Origin: Candidatus Bathyarchaeota archaeon
GTDB lineage: Archaea; Thermoproteota; Bathyarchaeia; Bathyarchaeales; Bathycorpusculaceae
Assembly: GCA_963767735.1 (NCBI GenBank)
Contig: CAVYES010000006.1
Coordinates: 288,001-352,000, forward strand
Reading direction: 5' to 3'
DNA: 64,000 nucleotides
Shown piece after piece: positions 1 through 10,370 of this stretch (position 1 is its first letter; the number at the start of each line of letters is the position of its first letter). Below the pieces are notes generated by a model. The model ran no database searches, was not told the origin of the DNA, and saw nothing but the letters and a program-made list of their open reading frames with translations. Made by a program: the position numbers and the translations under genes.

Positions 1-398
1 TAGGGTTTCAATAGCGATTGTCCAAGCATCCTTCAACAAATTAGCTCACGCCTAAACAAGATGCACCTCTTCTAAATAAGAATTCAAATCTGTTCTTCAT
101 GCTTTGTCAACGATAAACTTTTAACGAATCATGAACAAGCAACCTTTATTCACCATTTTTTTACCATTTTACACCTTTTCTAGCCTTTTTTCACCGCGAC
201 ATGCAATCGATTCAAGCCCTAAACCGAAAAAGCAACTCAAAACACCCCTTTCCAAAACGGAGAAGGGTATCTATTTGTAAATGCGCTCGATCACAATATC
301 TCTTAATAGTGTTTGTCCTGGGTTTGTAGATTGTCCGTCAGTTTGATTCCGTGTTATTTTTCGCCTATTGATTTATCGAGTTTACTAAGTATGCAACC

Positions 399-593
399 TT
401 ACTTTGGGATTTCTGCGTTTTCGCATAGGCCGTAAGTTACACAAACCATGCCGACAAAAAAAAGCAGAGTCAACGGCAAATCCACGGTTCCCGGTCTCAA
501 GACAAAAAAGGTCCAAGTGAAGCCAATTAGAGCAAACCCAATTAAGCAAATCTTTTGACCAAAGGTAAACATAGCGACACCACTACGATACAT
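399..593 (-). CDS. Small hypothetical membrane protein (2 TM helices)
   Basis: 64-aa ORF with two hydrophobic segments; no recognisable family. Confidence 0.45.
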   Translation of the reverse strand: MYRSGVAMFTFGQKICLIGFALIGFTWTFFVLRPGTVDLPLTLLFFVGMVCVTYGLCENAEIPK

Positions 594-742
594 TGTGTGG
601 CTACTTTAAAAATTTAATTCTTGTTTACGCTGGCATTTTAAATTGCGGAGCACGAAACGATTAAACAAGTGCGTATCAAACCGTTTGCACAAATTAGTTT
701 ATGCAACTTTTTCCACTCCTATCTAAGCAAGAGAGTGAGTTA

Positions 743-880
743 ATGAGTCAAGTGATTAAGCGCCGAAGCACTCCTGAAACCAAAGCTGGACAATACATGT
801 GTCCCGAGTGTGGTCAAATATTTGATTCCAAAAGAGAAGTCGACAGCCACCTCGATATTAGGCATGAACCCCATCTTTGA
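743..880 (+). CDS. Small C2H2 zinc-finger protein (45 aa), missing from the ORF track
   Basis: Manual translation MSQVIKRRSTPETKAGQYMCPECGQIFDSKREVDSHLDIRHEPHL fits C-x2-C-x3-F-x8-H-x4-H; purine-rich gagagtgag just upstream. Confidence 0.7.
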   Translation: MSQVIKRRSTPETKAGQYMCPECGQIFDSKREVDSHLDIRHEPHL

Positions 881-1036
881 TCGTTGCATGGAAACTTTCA
901 GGATTAAATCCGATTCAACGTTTTTCAGCCTGTACGCATGTTATTTTGATCCATATAATCTAAAGGTAAATTGTCAGTTTTGAGTAAGTAAAGATTTTAG
1001 TCTCCCTGCACCATAAGAGGCTAAGGTCAAACGGGG

Positions 1037-2479
1037 ATGGCGCGAACACTCTTAGACTATTGCACCAGCGAAGAAACTAAACTTCAGCCTAAAAAAGAAC
1101 CAAAAGCGGAAGCTCCACCCTCCCAAGCGGAAAAAAATAAAGAAATAAAACATGAAGAACCAAAACAACTGAAAAAGAAAAGACCACTCGCCTTTCCTCC
1201 AGTGGCGCCTGAAAACCTTCCCGGTTCCTATTTTGTTTCAGCATCCTACGATGGGCGCCAAAGAAAAGCAGTTATCAAGCTTTATGAGCCGGAATCAGAG
1301 CAAATTTATTTTTGGTATGATAATACAGGTCACAAACCTTACTGCTTAACCAACTTGGCGTTAGATAAATTAAAAAAATTCGATAGGATAACAAACCATG
1401 AAGGTTTTTATTGTTTTGAAAAACTAAAAAAGTTTGACCCCTTGGAAAATAGAGATGTTGACTTAATCAAAATTGTGACAAAAGACCCGTTAGCAATCGG
1501 CGGAAGACCTACTGGCACAATAAGAGACATAATTCCTGAAGATTATCCAAGCGTGTGCGGATGCAAAATACAGGATAGCGATACTAAAGTTTGGGAGTCA
1601 AAAATAAAGTATTATCAATCATACGTTTACGACCGCCAGCTTTTGCCCGGCATGATCTACGAGGTTAAAAGCGGCAACCTTGTTCCTACAGTTCTTGAGG
1701 AAGCCACAGAAAACCTAAACCAAATAAAAACGCTCTTCAAAGACTGCACGGACGAAGAACGTGAATACGCAGAAATGTGGGCAAAACTTCTCGAGTACCC
1801 AGCCCCAAAATTCCGCAGAGCCGCCATCGACATAGAGGTTTATTCACCGTTATCAACAAGAATGCCTGACGCTCGAGAAGGCGCATGTCCAGTAATCGCC
1901 GTGTCGGTTTATAGTTCCGACGGCGAAAAACGGGTCCTGGTTCTTAAGCGCGAAGGCATGCGGGAAGGCAACCATCACTTGGCTGCGGACATAAAAGTGG
2001 AGTTTTGCGAGACAGAGGAAGAGCTGCTGAGAAAAACATTCGATGTTCTGCTGGATTACCCGTTTATTTTAACTTTCAACGGCGACGACTTCGACCTCCG
2101 TTACCTTACCCATAGAGCTATGAACTTGGGCTTTAGAAGAAGCGAGATTCCGATAGAGGTTGGCAAACGGGTCTGCTTGCTGAAATACGGGGTCCACATT
2201 GATCTCTACAAGTTCTTCTTCAACCGGTCAGTGCAAATTTACGCCTACGGCGGTCGCTACAAAGACGTAAGCTTAGATGATGTTGGCAACGCTCTCATAG
2301 GCGTTGAAAAAATCCATTTAGAAAAAGCCTTCGGAGACTTAACATACTCTGAACTTGCCGCTTACTGCCTGCGAGACTCAGAAATCACCTATAAACTAAC
2401 CAGTTTTGACAACGATTCAGCAATGAAATTAATCACTTGTTCTAGCGCGAATCGCCAGCATGCCCATGGAAGACGTTAG
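1037..2479 (+). CDS. polB: Family B DNA polymerase (PolB1 type), N-terminal and 3'-5' exonuclease half; frameshifted at ~2435
   Basis: YDNTGHKPY N-terminal motif typical of TACK PolB1; ExoI DIEV, ExoII TFNGDDFD, ExoIII YCLRDS; reading continues in the next frame as LVLARIASMPMEDVSR. Confidence 0.92.
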   Translation: MARTLLDYCTSEETKLQPKKEPKAEAPPSQAEKNKEIKHEEPKQLKKKRPLAFPPVAPENLPGSYFVSASYDGRQRKAVIKLYEPESEQIYFWYDNTGHKPYCLTNLALDKLKKFDRITNHEGFYCFEKLKKFDPLENRDVDLIKIVTKDPLAIGGRPTGTIRDIIPEDYPSVCGCKIQDSDTKVWESKIKYYQSYVYDRQLLPGMIYEVKSGNLVPTVLEEATENLNQIKTLFKDCTDEEREYAEMWAKLLEYPAPKFRRAAIDIEVYSPLSTRMPDAREGACPVIAVSVYSSDGEKRVLVLKREGMREGNHHLAADIKVEFCETEEELLRKTFDVLLDYPFILTFNGDDFDLRYLTHRAMNLGFRRSEIPIEVGKRVCLLKYGVHIDLYKFFFNRSVQIYAYGGRYKDVSLDDVGNALIGVEKIHLEKAFGDLTYSELAAYCLRDSEITYKLTSFDNDSAMKLITCSSANRQHAHGRR

Positions 2480-3761
2480 CCGGCAAGGCGTAAGCCGCTG
2501 GATACGCAACTTCATGCATAGAGAACATCGAAGAAAGAACATGCTTATCCCAAATGCTGAGGACATTTTAACCAAGAAAGGCAAAACTTCCAGCACAGCC
2601 ACAATAAAAGGGAAAAAATACAAAGGCGCAATAGTTGTTGAACCCACGCCCGGCGTTCACTTTAACGTTTCAGTCATGGACTTTCCAAGCCTATACCCCT
2701 CAATAATCAAAGTATGGAACCTAGGCTACCAATCAATTGATTGCCAACATAACGAATGCAAATGCCGCATGATACCGGACACCCCACATTGGGTTTGCAG
2801 CGAAAAACGGGCACTAGAAAGCTTGCTGATTGGTTCACTTCGGGATTTACGTGTTAAGTGGTATAAGCAGAGGGCAAAAGACAAATCTTTGCCGCCTGAG
2901 CTTAGAAGCTGGTATAATACGACTCAGGGCGCGCTTAAAGTAATTTTAAACGCTAGTTACGGCGTCTTTGGAGCTGATAGCTTCGATTTGTATTGTCCGC
3001 CAGTAGCAGAAGCAACAGCAGCCATCGGCAGATACTCCATTACCCAAATACTCAAACATGCAGAATCGGTTGGCATTCAGGTTCTCTACGGCGACACAGA
3101 CAGCTTATTTTTGAAAAACCCCTCTAAAGAACAAATCGAAGAAGTAGTTCACTACACAGAGCATGAATTAAACATGGGTATAGACGTAGACAAAGTTTAC
3201 AGGTACGCTGTATTTAGTTCGCGCAAAAAGAACTATCTGGGCGTTTTGGAAGACGGCACCGTGGATGTTAAGGGTTTGACAGGCAAGAAAAAACACATTC
3301 CCATCTTTATCAAAGATGCTTTTAACAAAATGAAAGAGGCACTTGCCCGAGTCAAGACTCCAGCGGATTTCGAGAAAGCCAGAAAAGAAATTGCCGAAAT
3401 AATCCGTGAACGCTACACAAAGCTAAAACGGAGAGAATGGGCTGACATTAATGAACTTGCGTTCAATGTGGCTTTAGGCGATGAACTTTCAAGTTATACT
3501 AAAACTACGCCTCAGCATGTTAAAGCCGCGAGAATTCTGCAGGAAAGCGGAAAGGAGCTAAGAGCGGGCGATTTGATTAGTTTTGTTAAAGTTATAAGGG
3601 AGCCGCATGTGAAACCTGTTGAGCTAACTTCGAGAAACGAGGTTGACGTTGACAAGTACGTTGCCTATTTGCATTCTACTTTTGACCAGGTTTTGGATGC
3701 TTTAGGGTTAAGTTTTGACGAAATTATCGGCTTAACAAAACTTGAAAGGTTCCTTGCTTAA
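2460..3761 (+). CDS. polB: Family B DNA polymerase (PolB1 type), polymerase half
   Basis: YKGA, motif A DFPSLYPS, motif B KVILNASYG, motif C YGDTDS, KKNY. Confidence 0.95.
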   Translation: MPMEDVSRQGVSRWIRNFMHREHRRKNMLIPNAEDILTKKGKTSSTATIKGKKYKGAIVVEPTPGVHFNVSVMDFPSLYPSIIKVWNLGYQSIDCQHNECKCRMIPDTPHWVCSEKRALESLLIGSLRDLRVKWYKQRAKDKSLPPELRSWYNTTQGALKVILNASYGVFGADSFDLYCPPVAEATAAIGRYSITQILKHAESVGIQVLYGDTDSLFLKNPSKEQIEEVVHYTEHELNMGIDVDKVYRYAVFSSRKKNYLGVLEDGTVDVKGLTGKKKHIPIFIKDAFNKMKEALARVKTPADFEKARKEIAEIIRERYTKLKRREWADINELAFNVALGDELSSYTKTTPQHVKAARILQESGKELRAGDLISFVKVIREPHVKPVELTSRNEVDVDKYVAYLHSTFDQVLDALGLSFDEIIGLTKLERFLA

Positions 3762-4463
3762 TTATAATATTTGAATAAGTATGCCAATTAGCGTGAAAAC
3801 TCCAACAATCAAAGCTATTATTCTAACAACTTGTTTCTCAGTTAATGGTCGATGGTAAGTTATCAATGTAATTAGGCTTCTTCTATGGTCAGATGAAAGC
3901 TTTTTTCCATCAAACGAAACGCTGGCTTTTTTGCGTGTAAAGTACACCGTTAACAGTATTAGTGCAGAGTTGAAAATGTAGGGGAGAATTGAAACTAGCA
4001 GGCTTAATTTTAAGTCAGAAATCACGGCGAATGACGCTATCGTTATTCCTATGGCGAAGGAGCCTGAATTTCCCACGAAAACTTTGCCGTTAAAGTTGAA
4101 GTAGGCTAAAATTAGCCAGAATATCAAGGGTCCAACCATCAGAATGTATGATGGTGAAACAGCCATTAAACCTAGGATAACTATAGCTGGGCATATCGTT
4201 TCTAGTCCATTCAATCCGCCCAGCTGGTTTACAGTATTAGTAACAATCATAACTATCAATGGAATAATTACGTAGAAGTATACTGCGCCGAGATGTATTG
4301 TTCCCACAAATGGTATAGAGATTGTTGTTCTGGTTGACGGGTTATTAAGTGCGTAATAGATTAGCGGTAACGCGGCGATTAAGGGCATGAATGCTTTGTA
4401 ACGCCACTTCAAATCTATCCAGTCATCAAGCAAGCCCATGAATCCGCCGAAAAGAATGCACAC
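3762..4463 (-). CDS. aglH: MraY/WecA/GPT-family polyprenyl-phosphate GlcNAc-1-phosphate transferase (AglH-like), main part
   Basis: GLLDDW, NTVNQLGGLNGLE and KVFVGNSGS motifs; multi-TM; directly downstream of aglB. Confidence 0.85.
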   Translation of the reverse strand: MCILFGGFMGLLDDWIDLKWRYKAFMPLIAALPLIYYALNNPSTRTTISIPFVGTIHLGAVYFYVIIPLIVMIVTNTVNQLGGLNGLETICPAIVILGLMAVSPSYILMVGPLIFWLILAYFNFNGKVFVGNSGSFAIGITIASFAVISDLKLSLLVSILPYIFNSALILLTVYFTRKKASVSFDGKKLSSDHRRSLITLITYHRPLTEKQVVRIIALIVGVFTLIGILIQIL

Positions 4464-4651
4464 AGCTAAGAGTGAATGGTGCTGAAACGTTAGCTGGACC
4501 TCCAGCTATTTTTAGAAAGTAGAGAAGAAAAAGGTAAACGGTGGTGAATAGGACGTATAGTACGCCTAAACCGTTTGCGATTAAGGGTTGCCCAACTTTA
4601 TGCTGATCTGGAACCTTTGGAAACACTGGTGGCTTCCCTGCTGTTTTGCAT
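4426..4651 (-). CDS. aglH: N-terminal part of the AglH-like transferase, separated by apparent frameshifts
   Basis: DQHKVGQPLIANGLG resembles the GPT D-x-H-K...P...GG motif; ATG at 4651 lies 2 nt after the aglB stop. Confidence 0.7.
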
Positions 4652-4653
4652 GT

Positions 4654-6975
4654 TTAGCCTGTGCCTGTTGTGCCAGTTGCGTTGTAGTATGCTGGGTAGT
4701 TGATTTTGTATATGGCTACCAACGGTACTAATCCTTCGTATGCGAATGGCGACGTAGTTCCGCCTGCTAACTCTACTAATGAGAAGTATGTTGGCTTTGA
4801 AGTTGTGGTATTTGGCGGTGTAATGGTTACTCCTGCAGACGTCCAGTAGCTGCAGTATTGGTTCCATGCACTGTTCATCAATTCGTTTATTGTGCAGTTT
4901 TCTCCTTGGTCGTTCCACACAAACTGCCCAGTAGTGTTGCTAACGGCGCCGAAGCTTGATTGGTCCTTCCATACCGTTGATGTTGTTGCACTCATATAGT
5001 CGGTCTTATCAACCCCATGTGTTAAATACCATTGCTCTGCTGTTCCTGAAATGCTTGCCATCCACTCCCATTTTCCTTCATCTCCATATCCGGAAGGACT
5101 TGCAGTGTACCCTGTGCCGCTGCTTGACTGTTGGATTTGGAGGACGGTGAAGACGAGGATGTAGTTGGCTCGTCCAGGATTGTTATAGTTTTCATAGTTA
5201 TTCAGCATCTGCATTGACTGGTTTTCATTGCCCATCATTATGAAGCCTACGTTTTCGATTTGAGTAGTATTATACGTAGTATTATCGCACAGAGTTGTTA
5301 CGTTTGCAATATCGCTTAACCAGTCGCCGTAGTCCCACCAAGCAACTACCACAGTTATTCGCAGGAACAGTTGCGTTTTCAGCCAACTCAATGCGTCAGT
5401 CCATGCACTTACCGGTGAAGTAAGGCCTGCGCCGCCTACTGGCAGGCTTGATGCGCTAATTGCAGTCGGCACGAAAGATGAGTCGATAGACCTTGGGATT
5501 CCGCCAGTTTGCGGTGAGAAAGCCACCTCTGTTAGCAGAATAAGGAATATCAGAAAGATTGCGACGCCGCTGTATTCTTTGCTTACTCGTGCCATTCTAC
5601 GCTTTGTTTTTGCCAGAGTATGTGGCGCTTCCTTCAGTAAAGTGTAAAACGGTTGTATTAGACCCAGAATACCGATTCCTGCTATGATGCAGAAGGCCAC
5701 GTCAAAGATTGCCAGTAAGCGAATCATTGAAGCGGCAAAGAAAAGCGAAGTTACAGCGAAAACTATTAGGAAAATGTTTCTGTTTGTTGGATTTTTTAAT
5801 ATAAAGTATAAGCCGATGAGGAAGAATAGGAGACCTATGCCAAGTTCAATGTAAATGTTTCCCCAAGCTGTAAGTTGCTGTTCGGCCACTGAATTGATAA
5901 TAGGTGAAGTTGCTCGGATAAATGGATCTAAAACTGTGCTGAATTTTCCTTCAAGACCACTGCCAGAAATGAATCCAGTTACATATAATGTAGAAAAACC
6001 GCCGACAATTACAACCAGCGAGGTAATAACTAGAAGTAGCTTGCTTCTCAAAGTTATATTGTTTCGTAAAAGTTCTGCAATGAGAAGTACAACGAATCCT
6101 CCAGCGACTGGAATCACTGCACCTGACGTTAAGTAACTAAATCCCAGATAGGGAATTATAGCTGCTATATATAATGCTAAACCAAAAGTTATGCTGTAGC
6201 TAAGCAGAAGCCGTTGATTATACCTCTTCAATAGAATCATAACAAAAACGAATAGTACGGTCATGTCAATCATGTAGTATGCTCCGCCCCAACCTGATAT
6301 GAAATAGGCTAAGGCGCCAGCAGCGGTTAACGAGTACAATATGGATGCACGTAATGACCTATTGTTGTCAATAGACCTTAGGAATAAGAATACAAATAAT
6401 ACAAGACCAATGGTACCTGGGACTTCGGTGTCATAGAATCCAAGAGACGTCCTTTCGATGATTGACGGGGCTAACGCCAAGAATAGCGCAGATAATAAAC
6501 CAACGGTTCTTCCACCAATGTCCTTGCCTAAGAAATACATTATCAAAACTGTTAACACACCAACTACGGGCGGTATCATTGCGCAAAGCGTAATTAAATT
6601 AACGTTTGCGCCTAACGCTGCGATGACGTCGTAGACTGCTGCACCCGTTATAGGTATACCTGGCAATAAAGTAGCAGCCATGTTAAGTCCGAAAGGATAC
6701 CACAATTGATGGTTGACCCAATGTGTTGTCCAAGGTGAAAGCAAACCGTGATTTACCATGTATTGCGTTATGCTGAATTGATAGTAGGGGTCAAACTCGT
6801 TAAGAGTTGATGTTCCTGTAGGGAGATTTTCCCAGCGTAACGGTAAAATGCGGATAATAAATGAGACAAACAGTATTAGAGCTAACGCAGAGTATGCTAT
6901 TATTTGTCCGTGACTCAGTTCGATGCGTAACGGTGACAGTCTTTTACTAAGTCGATCTTTAATTCCTTCCCCCAC
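4654..6975 (-). CDS. aglB: Oligosaccharyltransferase AglB (STT3 family)
   Basis: EFDPY, YDTE, SVAEQ and WWDYG motifs; many TM helices followed by a soluble C-terminal domain. Confidence 0.95.
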   Translation of the reverse strand: MGEGIKDRLSKRLSPLRIELSHGQIIAYSALALILFVSFIIRILPLRWENLPTGTSTLNEFDPYYQFSITQYMVNHGLLSPWTTHWVNHQLWYPFGLNMAATLLPGIPITGAAVYDVIAALGANVNLITLCAMIPPVVGVLTVLIMYFLGKDIGGRTVGLLSALFLALAPSIIERTSLGFYDTEVPGTIGLVLFVFLFLRSIDNNRSLRASILYSLTAAGALAYFISGWGGAYYMIDMTVLFVFVMILLKRYNQRLLLSYSITFGLALYIAAIIPYLGFSYLTSGAVIPVAGGFVVLLIAELLRNNITLRSKLLLVITSLVVIVGGFSTLYVTGFISGSGLEGKFSTVLDPFIRATSPIINSVAEQQLTAWGNIYIELGIGLLFFLIGLYFILKNPTNRNIFLIVFAVTSLFFAASMIRLLAIFDVAFCIIAGIGILGLIQPFYTLLKEAPHTLAKTKRRMARVSKEYSGVAIFLIFLILLTEVAFSPQTGGIPRSIDSSFVPTAISASSLPVGGAGLTSPVSAWTDALSWLKTQLFLRITVVVAWWDYGDWLSDIANVTTLCDNTTYNTTQIENVGFIMMGNENQSMQMLNNYENYNNPGRANYILVFTVLQIQQSSSGTGYTASPSGYGDEGKWEWMASISGTAEQWYLTHGVDKTDYMSATTSTVWKDQSSFGAVSNTTGQFVWNDQGENCTINELMNSAWNQYCSYWTSAGVTITPPNTTTSKPTYFSLVELAGGTTSPFAYEGLVPLVAIYKINYPAYYNATGTTGTG

Positions 6976-7355
6976 TTAAGCCATCTCTCCATACATTAAA
7001 TGTGATTTCTTGTTTAATTCTTAGTTTATACACATTGGAGGTTTATTTATGGCTTTCCAAAATGAACTAATATAGATTAGTTGGTAATGTAGTTTGATTA
7101 TATTGCAATATAATCCAATAGCTAAACTATATAGTCTTTTTTTAAAAACGGAACCTTGAATTCCATGCTAAAAAGGGGAAAAATTTTCGCCAGAAACCCA
7201 TAAAGGTCAATAAACGTTAACCATATTTTTCTTCGCTAGAAACATTGTTTTTACAGGCGTTGCATAAACTTTGTGGTGACTCGCCATTTTGGTTTGGTGG
7301 CTTTTTTTAGTGCTCTTCTGGTAGGTTTAATCGAAGCTTCGGTGAATGTACTATT

Positions 7356-7529
7356 CTATCGACGCTTAGGTATGGGTTTAACTTCAACGTCTATAGGTAA
7401 CAAAGAAAGTTTCCTATCACACTTTGGGCATTTTCCACCATTTTGCGAAATTATTTCGTCTGGCGCTTTTAGCTCGCTGCCTTCATATAAAACATGATTG
7501 CATCCATGGCAAATTACTCGTTGCGGCAT
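7356..7529 (-). CDS. Small zinc-ribbon protein (57 aa), missing from the ORF track
   Basis: Manual translation MPQRVICHGCNHVLYEGSELKAPDEIISQNGGKCPKCDRKLSLLPIDVEVKPIPKRR; two CxxC pairs; gaggga RBS-like element upstream; divergent from topA. Confidence 0.75.
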   Translation of the reverse strand: MPQRVICHGCNHVLYEGSELKAPDEIISQNGGKCPKCDRKLSLLPIDVEVKPIPKRR

Positions 7530-7677
7530 CCCAAATCCCTCGATAATAACATGCCGATGGCGTATTTATTGGTTGCTAAAAAAATAGCCTTTAGCTTGGA
7601 CTGTGCTTGTCAAGTGACTGCAAAGTTTATTTTAAGAGGGACTATTTGGAATGTTGAAGCATGTGGTTTAATAGCCT

Positions 7678-9753
7678 TTGGAAAAATACACGTTAATTGT
7701 TACTGAAAAACCTGATGCGGCAAACAGAATAGCTATGGCTTTGGATGCTAATGGGAACGCCAAAAAAATATTTGATGGCGGCATTCCATATTATCAAGCA
7801 TACAGAAACGGCAATTTAGTTGTTGTTCCAGCACTTGGGCATCTGTACACTGTTGCAAGCAACGAAAAAGCTAAACGGGATTATCCGGTTTTCGATTATC
7901 ACTGGGTTCCAAGATATCTGGCTGAACGAGGCGCATCAAAGATCCGTGTTTGGCTAAATGTAATAGCTAAACTAGCAGAAAACGCGGAAGAGTTTGTGGA
8001 TGCTTGCGACTTTGACGTTGAAGGCAGCATCATAGGCTACTGCATACTCAAGTACGCATGCGGTAGCAAGGAAAAAACTGCTAAACGCATGAAATACTCC
8101 ACACTTACAAAAGAGGAACTGCAGGAATCTTACGCCCACTTATTGCCACATCTGGATTTCTCTCTTGTTGAAGCTGGATTAACAAGGCATGAAATAGATT
8201 GGCTATACGGCATAAACTTGTCCCGAGCTTTATCAATGGCTGTGAAAAACAGCAGCGGGCAATATGCTACAATCAGCACTGGCAGGGTTCAAGGACCAAC
8301 CCTCAAATTTTTAGACGACCGCGAAAAAACCATAAAGTGCTTCGTGCCAGTTCCCTACTGGAGCATAACGGCTAAGATAATCATAAATGGCATAGTATAC
8401 GAAGCAGAATACGAAAAAATTCTCGATAGCAAGCAAGAAGCAACAGCGGTAATAGATGCCTGCAAAACCAAAGAAGGCCAAATAGAAACAATAATTGTAA
8501 AAGAGTTTGAGCAGAAGCCACCAGTACCATTTGATTTAGGCGCTTTGCAAAGTGAAGCCTACAGAAATTTCCATTTCACGCCGATGCGCACTTCAAACAT
8601 AGCTCAGCACCTTTACTTAGATGCTTTAATCTCTTATCCGAGAACAAGCAGCCAAAAGCTTCCGCCATCAATCGGCTACGAAGCCATATTAAGAAAACTA
8701 GCTAAACTGCCTGCTTACGGGAAACTGGCTGTTGACCTGCTCTCTAAACCAGTTTTGAAGCCAAATGAAGGAGAAAAAACCGACTCGGCTCATCCAGCCA
8801 TTTACCCCACTGGAAACCTCCTCGAAAAACCGCTTGGCGTCGCTGAAGGAAATCTTTTCGATCTTATCATACGCAGGTTCTTGGCTGTTTTCGGTGAACC
8901 TGCCATTCGCCAAAGCACCAAAGCTACGATTATCATCGGCGGAAATCTTTTTTATTTGAACGGAATGCGAACGTTAAGTGATGGGTGGCTTCGATTCTAC
9001 AAACCATATGTTCAACACCAAGATGTCACTTTGCCCTCCTTAACTCAAGGACAAAAAATCGCTGTTAAACGAGTAGTTGTAAAAAACAATTTTACTAAAC
9101 CACCAGCAAGATACAACCCTCGCAGTTTACTTTTAAAAATGGAAAAAGAGGATATAGGCACCAAAGCAACGAGGGCCGCAATCATACAAACATTGTACGA
9201 CCGAAAATATCTCAATGGAACCGATAGTCTTGCCGTTTCTGATCTTGGCTTTGAAGTCGTGGAAATCCTTGTTAAGTATTGTCCAACGGTTGTTTCACCT
9301 GAATTAACTAGAAAGCTTGAGGAGAAGATGAATGAAATCCAGCAAGGAAAAGAAACAAAAGAAGCTGTATTGCAAAACGCCGTTGAAATCTTAAAGCCAG
9401 TCCTACTGGAGCTCAAAGAAAAAGAATCCGTTATAGGCGAACAATTAAGTCAAGCGTTGAAAAAGGCTCGGCTTGAAGAGAGAACAGTTGGCGCATGCAC
9501 GAAATGTGGTGACGGAAAACTAGTTATTTTGCGCTCAAAAAAAACTGGTAAACGTTTTGTTGGCTGTACAAACTATTTCGAAGGTAAATGTAACGTAACT
9601 TTTCCGCTCCCCCAAAAGGGAACTATAAAACCCTTAAACGCAACTTGCAAAAGCTGCGGGTGCCCAGTATTGCGAGTGTACCTGAGAGGGAAGAGGTCTT
9701 GGAAATTATGCCTAAATCCTAATTGTCCCTCAAAAAGAGCTGGCGCCCAGTGA
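7678..9753 (+). CDS. topA: Type IA DNA topoisomerase with C-terminal zinc ribbons
   Basis: TOPRIM TEKP and DFDVEG, GRVQGPTL, catalytic ISYPRT, AHPAIYPTG, GTKATRA, C-terminal Cys motifs. Confidence 0.95.
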   Translation: MEKYTLIVTEKPDAANRIAMALDANGNAKKIFDGGIPYYQAYRNGNLVVVPALGHLYTVASNEKAKRDYPVFDYHWVPRYLAERGASKIRVWLNVIAKLAENAEEFVDACDFDVEGSIIGYCILKYACGSKEKTAKRMKYSTLTKEELQESYAHLLPHLDFSLVEAGLTRHEIDWLYGINLSRALSMAVKNSSGQYATISTGRVQGPTLKFLDDREKTIKCFVPVPYWSITAKIIINGIVYEAEYEKILDSKQEATAVIDACKTKEGQIETIIVKEFEQKPPVPFDLGALQSEAYRNFHFTPMRTSNIAQHLYLDALISYPRTSSQKLPPSIGYEAILRKLAKLPAYGKLAVDLLSKPVLKPNEGEKTDSAHPAIYPTGNLLEKPLGVAEGNLFDLIIRRFLAVFGEPAIRQSTKATIIIGGNLFYLNGMRTLSDGWLRFYKPYVQHQDVTLPSLTQGQKIAVKRVVVKNNFTKPPARYNPRSLLLKMEKEDIGTKATRAAIIQTLYDRKYLNGTDSLAVSDLGFEVVEILVKYCPTVVSPELTRKLEEKMNEIQQGKETKEAVLQNAVEILKPVLLELKEKESVIGEQLSQALKKARLEERTVGACTKCGDGKLVILRSKKTGKRFVGCTNYFEGKCNVTFPLPQKGTIKPLNATCKSCGCPVLRVYLRGKRSWKLCLNPNCPSKRAGAQ

Positions 9754-9927
9754 ACAGTAAAATTTGCATTAGCGGAGCGCAAAAAACGGTTTCTGCTTGT
9801 TGCATTTTTAGCTCGTACCAAAATGTTATTGAATGTTTTGGATTGATTATTTAGTTGTTGCATTCAGAAAAATTCATTAACTGGACATGGGCTAAAGAGG
9901 TAGGAAAACACCTATTCAAGGGAGAGA

Positions 9928-10359
9928 ATGGAAATGTCAAGTAAACTAAAGAAGCAATCATCATCATTGTCCTTTTCGCTGAGTCGATGGTTCCGAAGAG
10001 TTTCAACGACTACTCCTTCAGCACTCGCATTAACCATTGCAGGAATTGTATACAGTGTATTTCTTTTAGGCGGTGGCTTGTATACTCTTATTACCCGTCC
10101 TGCTCCCTCAGCCTACGTTAACGGGGTGTTCTATTTCCTCTATCCAAGTATAAGCTCACAATTCATATCAGACACTATAATTGCAGCAATATTGTACGGT
10201 TTCGGTTTTATCGGTTTGTTCGTGATTTATCAAAGTACCAAGAGCGCTTACAACCCCAGGCAAGCTTACATGATGTTAATCATAGGCGTAGCATTTCTGC
10301 TTCTATCATACATATTCTTGGAAGGCGCGATTTCCTTCAAAACATCAGGCGGAGCTTAA
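9928..10359 (+). CDS. Membrane protein resembling the OST3/OST6-OSTC(DC2) transmembrane domain
   Basis: Three TM helices with FLLGGGLY...P...F...SSQF pattern recalling PF04756 (OST3_OST6); aglB and aglH lie nearby. Confidence 0.6.
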   Translation: MEMSSKLKKQSSSLSFSLSRWFRRVSTTTPSALALTIAGIVYSVFLLGGGLYTLITRPAPSAYVNGVFYFLYPSISSQFISDTIIAAILYGFGFIGLFVIYQSTKSAYNPRQAYMMLIIGVAFLLLSYIFLEGAISFKTSGGA

Positions 10360-10370
10360 CTCTGCCTTTT

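Noticed and set aside
242-270. Possible ORB/replication origin box
   Set aside because: A single copy, better explained as an imperfect hairpin; no cdc6/orc1 gene in the window
1037-3761. Intein-containing or naturally split PolB
   Set aside because: No intein motifs; the halves join by removing one base, and neighbouring genes show similar one-base shifts
7273-7706. Plus-strand ORFs of 74 and 70 aa
   Set aside because: Shadows of the minus-strand zinc-ribbon gene and the topA upstream region
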